A stretch of 64,000 nt of DNA from Gemmatimonas sp. (GTDB taxonomy: Bacteria; Gemmatimonadota; Gemmatimonadetes; Gemmatimonadales; Gemmatimonadaceae), in assembly GCA_031414535.1 (NCBI GenBank), contig JANNVQ010000001.1:30744-94743 (forward strand). Direction: 5' to 3'. The number at the start of each line of letters is the position of its first letter. Within the stretch, counting starts at the first letter, position 1. The translations under genes were made by a program, and so were the position numbers. Positions 58,598 to 64,000 of this stretch are shown piece after piece. The notes beneath the pieces were generated by a model. The model was given only the letters and a program-made list of their open reading frames with translations, was not told the origin of the DNA and did no database searches.

Positions 58598-60331
58598 ATG
58601 CGATCTCACCTGCCGCGCCTCAGCCTTCTCGCTCTCCTCGCGCTCGCCTGCACACGCGAGCCCGCGAGCGCCCCCGATGTCCTCACGTCCACCAGCGGCG
58701 CGGTCGTGAGTGCGCATCACGTCGCGTCCGACATCGGTGCGGCCACACTCTCTCGCGGTGGCAATGCCGTTGATGCAGCCGTGGCCACGGCGTTTGCACT
58801 GGCGGTCACGCATCCGAGTGCAGGAAACATCGGCGGCGGTGGCTTCATGGTCATTCGCCTCGCCGACGGCACGGCGACGACCATCGACTATCGCGAGAAG
58901 GCACCGCTCGCAGCCACGGCGACGATGTATCTCAATCCCGATGGTACGCGCGCCGAGGCCGCGACGGATTCGGGATGGCGCGCACCGGGCGTGCCGGGCA
59001 CGGTTGCGGGGCTCGCGATGGCGCACGCGAAGCATGGCACGATGCCCTGGCGCGATCTCGTGCTACCCGCGGCGGAACTCGCGGCACGCGGCTTTGTGCT
59101 CTCCGATGCCTTGGCGAGCGAATTGAACTTCGTGGTGGAACGCATCTTCGCGCCCTTCCCTTCCAGCGTTGCCACCTATGCCAAGGCCGATGGTTCAAAG
59201 TGGGTAGGCGGCGACACGCTCAAGCTCCCGCAGTTGGCGCGTGCGCTGCAAGCGATTGCGGACAGTGGTGCGAGCGCGTTCTACTCGGGATGGATTGCCG
59301 ACTCCATCGCCGCGCAGATGCGTGCGCACAACGGACTCATCACCAAGGACGATCTGGCGCGTTACGCAGCCGTGGAGCGCGCGCCGCTGCGCGGCCGCTT
59401 CAATGGCCACGAGATCATAGGCATGGCGCCGCCGAGTTCGGGAGGCATGGTGATGATCTCCGTCCTCAATCAATTAGAGGCTGGTGGTCTTGATGGGATG
59501 ACGCGCGGCTCGGCGCGCTACCTGCATCGCCGCGCCGAGGCCTCACGCCGCGCGTTTCTTGATCGCGCCCGGTGGCTCGGCGATCCGGACTTCACGGCGG
59601 ACATTCCTCTCGAGCGTTTGGTCTCGCGGGAGTACGCCGCCTCGCTCGTCGCGGCAACGGATTCCACTAAGGCCACGTCGAGTCTCGAGTTGGGCGCCGA
59701 TATTGTGAACGAAATCCCCGAGTCGCCGCAGACCACGCATTTCAGTGTGGTGGACGCCGAGGGCAATGCGGTGAGCAACACGTACACGCTTGAATCAGGC
59801 TACGGTTCGGGCGTGGTGGTGGCCGGTTTCCTGCTCAACAACGAGATGGGCGACTTCAACAAGAAGCCCGGCAGCACGAATACGGCCTGGGGAATCGGCA
59901 CGCCCGCGAATGTGATCACGCCCGAGAAGCGGATGCTCAGCTCAATGTCGCCCACCATCATCACGCGCGATGGTAAACTGCGTTTGGTGACGGGTTCACC
60001 CGGTGGCCGCACGATTCCGAGCACCACGCTCGATGTGGTGCTCGGCGTGACGCTGTTCAACGAGGATATTCGCACCGCGGTTGATGCCCCGCGCGTGCAT
60101 CATCAGTGGATGCCCGACACGTTCTATGTGGAAGCGGGCGCGGCGCGGCCCGATGTGCTTGCAGCGCTGCGCGGGATGGGACACGCGGTGAAGGAAGGGC
60201 CAGCGCGCTCGCAGGGGGATGCGCATTCCATCGCGTACGACGCAAAGACGCGCACGGCGACGGCGGCGAATGATAGACGGAGTCCTGACTCAGGGGCGCG
60301 AGCGGGCACAGGCCACTCGCGCCCTCAATGA
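58598..60331 (+). CDS. ggt: Gamma-glutamyltransferase
   Basis: GGNAVDAAVA, AGNIGGGGF, IDYRE.AP, PPSSGG, TTHFSVVD (Thr nucleophile), LNNEMGDF, LSSMSPT and GSPGG. Confidence 0.95.
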   Translation: MRSHLPRLSLLALLALACTREPASAPDVLTSTSGAVVSAHHVASDIGAATLSRGGNAVDAAVATAFALAVTHPSAGNIGGGGFMVIRLADGTATTIDYREKAPLAATATMYLNPDGTRAEAATDSGWRAPGVPGTVAGLAMAHAKHGTMPWRDLVLPAAELAARGFVLSDALASELNFVVERIFAPFPSSVATYAKADGSKWVGGDTLKLPQLARALQAIADSGASAFYSGWIADSIAAQMRAHNGLITKDDLARYAAVERAPLRGRFNGHEIIGMAPPSSGGMVMISVLNQLEAGGLDGMTRGSARYLHRRAEASRRAFLDRARWLGDPDFTADIPLERLVSREYAASLVAATDSTKATSSLELGADIVNEIPESPQTTHFSVVDAEGNAVSNTYTLESGYGSGVVVAGFLLNNEMGDFNKKPGSTNTAWGIGTPANVITPEKRMLSSMSPTIITRDGKLRLVTGSPGGRTIPSTTLDVVLGVTLFNEDIRTAVDAPRVHHQWMPDTFYVEAGAARPDVLAALRGMGHAVKEGPARSQGDAHSIAYDAKTRTATAANDRRSPDSGARAGTGHSRPQ

Positions 60332-60332
60332 T

Positions 60333-60743
60333 TCACCGCGCGAGCGGCGTAGACACGCCAATCTTGAAGCCATCGAGATCCACGAACTGGAACATGCGCA
60401 CGCCCCAGGGTCGATCAGCCGCGTCGCTGAGCAACGCGGCGCCGGTGGCCTTGATGCGTGCGGCGGTGGCGTCCACGTCGGCAACTGTTGGCACGTTAAT
60501 CTGAAGGTAGAAGCCCTGCCCCTTGGTGCGATCCCAGCCGAGCTTGCCGTCATCCTGATTGAGGACGATGCGGATGTCGCCTGCGGCGATGACTGCAGCC
60601 ACGACCTTGCCCTCGCGCTCCATAGACTGCGCCACGCCGAATCCCACGGCATCGCGGTAGAAGGCGATTGAAGCTGGGAGATCCTTGCAGGTGAGCGAGC
60701 AGCCGAGGTTGGAAGCGTTGAGTGCTGCGGGGGCGTTAGACAT
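60333..60743 (-). CDS. VOC/glyoxalase family protein
   Basis: DL.ASIAFYRDAVGF and DRPWGVRMF...DLDG. Confidence 0.85.
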   Translation of the reverse strand: MSNAPAALNASNLGCSLTCKDLPASIAFYRDAVGFGVAQSMEREGKVVAAVIAAGDIRIVLNQDDGKLGWDRTKGQGFYLQINVPTVADVDATAARIKATGAALLSDAADRPWGVRMFQFVDLDGFKIGVSTPLAR

Positions 60744-60805
60744 TGGTTCCGTATGTGGGAGAAGGATGAAATATACCTTTGGTCTCAACTCGTACCGGAG
60801 TGCCA

Positions 60806-61120
60806 ATGCCTAAACGCAAAACACCGACTTCAGGATACGGCGCGGACCCGGTGCTGGACGCGCCCGTCGCGGCGACGCTCGACCTGCACGGCTCGACCGT
60901 CGCGGAGGCGACGTTACAACTCTGGAATTTTCTCACAACGCAGAGCCGCATTCGCCCCGGCAAGGTCGTGCGCGTCATCACCGGGCGGGGCCGCGGCTCG
61001 GCGGGAAAGGCGGTGCTCCTACCGGCGGTGGGGCGGCTCCTCAAAGGGCCACTCAGCATCTTCGTGGCGGACTACAGTATTGGCGTTGATGAGGGATCCT
61101 ACCTCGTGCTGCTCAAATAG
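60806..61120 (+). CDS. Smr domain protein
   Basis: TLDLHG, RVITGRGRGS and a C-terminal G...V.L. Confidence 0.85.
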   Translation: MPKRKTPTSGYGADPVLDAPVAATLDLHGSTVAEATLQLWNFLTTQSRIRPGKVVRVITGRGRGSAGKAVLLPAVGRLLKGPLSIFVADYSIGVDEGSYLVLLK

Positions 61121-61145
61121 CGCGCGTGGGTGCTGCGTCGAGTAC

Positions 61146-63824
61146 TCAGCCCTCGGGCTTCACCATACGATCATAGGGCGCATAGCCATTCAGCGGCCAC
61201 CAATCGTTGAAGCGGTGCAGGTTCTTCCGGATGTAGAAGTTGGATCCACGAGCAAATGACTCTCGCAGCAGTGCCACCGCCTCCTCGCGACGCTCACGCG
61301 CGGCTGCCAAGAACGCGCGCTCATTGAGCGAGGTGGCCGCCTTCGCTGGATCTCGCTGCAACTCCGCGAGCCAGGCATCGACGCTGTCGGCTGCGGCGTG
61401 ATTGCCCACGGCGCCTTGCACGCGGCCGTAGAACGAGCGGAAGCGAGAGTCACTGGAGTTGAGCGCGAGCAAGGGTTGCACGGCATCCAAGGCTTCGGCG
61501 TTCCGTCCGGCGACGCGGAGGGCTAAGGCCTCACGGAAGGCAATGTCAGTACGTGGAATGGTGTCGCCAGGCAACGTCTCGCGCCTATGCTCCGCGTGCC
61601 ATCGCAGTGCGCGTTCGAGCACTTGCCGGCCGTGGGCCTCGTGGCCGTGGGCCATCAACTCTTGCGCGATGATGAGTATGACTTCACCGCCGAACGCGTT
61701 GGGAAAATTCTCCGATGGCACCACATACCCGGCGTCCACCACGCGTTCCACGGCGACTGAGTCACCAAGAGCCGCATACGCCACGCCGCGCCGAATGAGA
61801 GTATTGACGGTGACGCCGGCGAGTTCCGCGGCTCGCTCAGCTGCAACGCGCTCGGCGCTGTGCTCTCCGATGTAATGCCGCAAATCAGCGACCGTATTCC
61901 AATACCCCGCTGACTCCACGAGCGGCGAGCCCGCTGGAGCTTCTACGTCTCGCGTGAACGGCCCCTCGCGCTCGAGCTGCGCCAGCGCCTCGCGTGGACG
62001 GTTCAAGTTTTGCAAGGCTGCTACGTAGCTGCCTCCGCCGTAGGACCGCGGGGCGATGAGCGCGACTCGCTTCATGGCCGCAGCTTCGCGCTCCGCCGCC
62101 GCGTCGTTCGCCGCAAGCGCGACATCGCGCAGTGCCGTCTCGTAGGGCGAGAGCTGCACTGTAGCAGCGGGCAGCGACGCCATGATTGCGCGGCGCTTCG
62201 CCTCGTCTTCGTAATACTGGCTCCACGACGTGTAGCGGAAGGCGCGGATAACGCGCGTCAATGTCCACGACGTGTCTGCCCGCACTGCCCGGTCCATTGC
62301 TTCGATCTGCAGTTTGAACACACGCTGCACGAACGCCTGCTCGAGTGCGCGCACCGCTTCAAGGGCTGGGAGCGGCCCCTTAGGCAATGTGGCCGGCCCA
62401 AGCAGAGGATGGGTGACGATAGCCACGGCACTCATGACGGGTTCGAGCGCCGCGTCGAGTCCGCGTGCTGGGTCGGCACGCGAGACTCTGATTGCAGGAA
62501 GCGCGAGCACGACGCGTCCCGTCGCGGCATCGGTGAGCCGGAGGTCGAGCTGCAATGAGTCACCGCTGGCATTGATCCGGCCATCAAGGATGGTCGCCAT
62601 TCGGCCAGCGGCTGCTTCGGTACGGCGGTCGGACTCGCCTGCGGCGCTCGCGATAGTGACCTGCGCATAGCGCATGGTGCCGAGCCCCCGCGAGAGCGCG
62701 TCCGTGGCAAGGGTCGCAGCGCTGCTCAGTGATAGATCGGCTGGGGTTAGGGGCACTAACAGCATAAGCGCCGGATCGAAGGCTGGCGCCGCAGTCATCG
62801 CTGATGTGGCGTCGCTTGTCTTCTCTGTTGTGCGGTACAACACGGCCCCTGCGCCCGCTGCCACCACTAGGGCTGCGCCGATGAGCATCGGGGTAATTCT
62901 CCGGCGCGACGATCCTGAGGCCAACGCCGATGCGGAAGTTGCTAAGGCATGGTGGGCCGATTGCTGGCCGGAAATCGGCAGCGCTTCGAGCACACGCAGT
63001 AACTCGGTGGCAGTTGCTGGCCTATCGCTCGGGCTCTTGGCGAGACAGCGCGCTACGAGCGTGACTAGCGCCTCCGGTAGCTCCGCGCGTAGCGCGCCGA
63101 GACTCGGCGCGGGCTCCACCATATGCGCGCGAATGAGCTCGTGCAGCGAGGTGTTGGCGAAGGGGAGTCGCCCGGCCAGCAATTCGAAGGCCATCGCACC
63201 CCAAGCGTAGATGTCGGCGCGCGAGTCAGTCGCAGGATCGCCCGCGCTCTGCTCGGGCGCCATGTAGGCCGGTGTGCCGAGCGATGTGCCGACTTCTGTG
63301 AGCGTGCCGCCCGGCGCGCGCGTACGCGAAGCCGAAATCGCCTTGGCAATACCGAAATCGGTGACCACGGCAGCGCGCCCGGCGAGCAGCACATTGTCGG
63401 GCTTGATATCGCGGTGGACGATTCCCTGCGCGTGAGCAAACTCCAGCGCCGATGCCACATCGCGCAGGATGGCGATGGCATCGCGCACCGGGAGTGCGCC
63501 GTCGCGGATGAGGCGTGCGCGCAGAGACTCGCCCGACACGAAGGGCATCGTGAACCACGGCAGTCCATCGGCCTCACCCGTCGCGAGCACGGGGACGATG
63601 TTCGGGTGCTGGAGCTGGGCCGCGAGCTGAATCTCACGCCGGAAGCGCTCCACGCTTAAGCCCGCGACGAGATTCGGTGGGAGAATCTTGATCACCACCT
63701 TTCGCCCGAGCGCGCGTTCCTCGGCAACGAAGACCCGCGACATCCCCCCGCCACCGAGCTCGCGCTCGATGTGGTAGGCGGCGCCGAGGGCGCGTTGCAG
63801 GTCGTCTTCGAGCGGAGTGCTCAT
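61146..63824 (-). CDS. Hanks-type Ser/Thr protein kinase with a TM segment and a TPR-like C-terminal region
   Basis: LGGGGMSRV, VVIK, HRDIKPDN, DFG, GTPAYMAPE and DIYAWG. Confidence 0.93.
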   Translation of the reverse strand: MSTPLEDDLQRALGAAYHIERELGGGGMSRVFVAEERALGRKVVIKILPPNLVAGLSVERFRREIQLAAQLQHPNIVPVLATGEADGLPWFTMPFVSGESLRARLIRDGALPVRDAIAILRDVASALEFAHAQGIVHRDIKPDNVLLAGRAAVVTDFGIAKAISASRTRAPGGTLTEVGTSLGTPAYMAPEQSAGDPATDSRADIYAWGAMAFELLAGRLPFANTSLHELIRAHMVEPAPSLGALRAELPEALVTLVARCLAKSPSDRPATATELLRVLEALPISGQQSAHHALATSASALASGSSRRRITPMLIGAALVVAAGAGAVLYRTTEKTSDATSAMTAAPAFDPALMLLVPLTPADLSLSSAATLATDALSRGLGTMRYAQVTIASAAGESDRRTEAAAGRMATILDGRINASGDSLQLDLRLTDAATGRVVLALPAIRVSRADPARGLDAALEPVMSAVAIVTHPLLGPATLPKGPLPALEAVRALEQAFVQRVFKLQIEAMDRAVRADTSWTLTRVIRAFRYTSWSQYYEDEAKRRAIMASLPAATVQLSPYETALRDVALAANDAAAEREAAAMKRVALIAPRSYGGGSYVAALQNLNRPREALAQLEREGPFTRDVEAPAGSPLVESAGYWNTVADLRHYIGEHSAERVAAERAAELAGVTVNTLIRRGVAYAALGDSVAVERVVDAGYVVPSENFPNAFGGEVILIIAQELMAHGHEAHGRQVLERALRWHAEHRRETLPGDTIPRTDIAFREALALRVAGRNAEALDAVQPLLALNSSDSRFRSFYGRVQGAVGNHAAADSVDAWLAELQRDPAKAATSLNERAFLAAARERREEAVALLRESFARGSNFYIRKNLHRFNDWWPLNGYAPYDRMVKPEG

Positions 63825-63926
63825 GCGCGATGGCGGGCTACTGGAGACGGAGGCTGTTGCTCAGAGGGAAAGTAGCGCTCGTGGGTCCTGACCACCACAA
63901 ACGCGCCGCCTCTACCATCCGCCGCC

Positions 63927-64000
<74 letters not shown>

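Overview
High-GC bacterial window whose gene style suggests Gemmatimonadota (GGGGMSRVF-type Ser/Thr kinase, several secreted VPS10/BNR proteins); the taxon is an inference. The left part (about 0.1-27.8 kb) holds mostly secreted hydrolases: a cyanophycinase, three VPS10/BNR proteins, two amidases, three serine hydrolases and an AlkP-family enzyme, plus a small glycosylation module with an orphan fcl. The main finding is a region of about 28 kb (27950-55924) combining three things. First, a 2-aminoethylphosphonate (AEP) pathway: pepM fused to an NTP-transferase domain, ppd, AEP transaminase and a PntC-like cytidylyltransferase. Second, a bacterial ceramide pathway: a FAAL-ACP-SPT-like fusion, a CerS-like GNAT, a CerR-like reductase, a DEGS-like delta-4 desaturase and an FA2H-like hydroxylase. 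Third, three candidate head-group transferases (eukaryote-type CEPT/EPT, LicD, PIG-O/PIG-G-like), with glycosyltransferases, methyltransferases, a 2OG-Fe(II) oxygenase and an MsbA-like exporter. Together these suggest a phosphono(glyco)sphingolipid biosynthesis locus. Three short unannotated stretches (1-105, 19844-19903, 32171-32206) look like decayed relics of paralogues of cluster genes. All protein calls come from motif recognition by eye; no database search was run. Many start codons are adjusted relative to the ORF track and are approximate.
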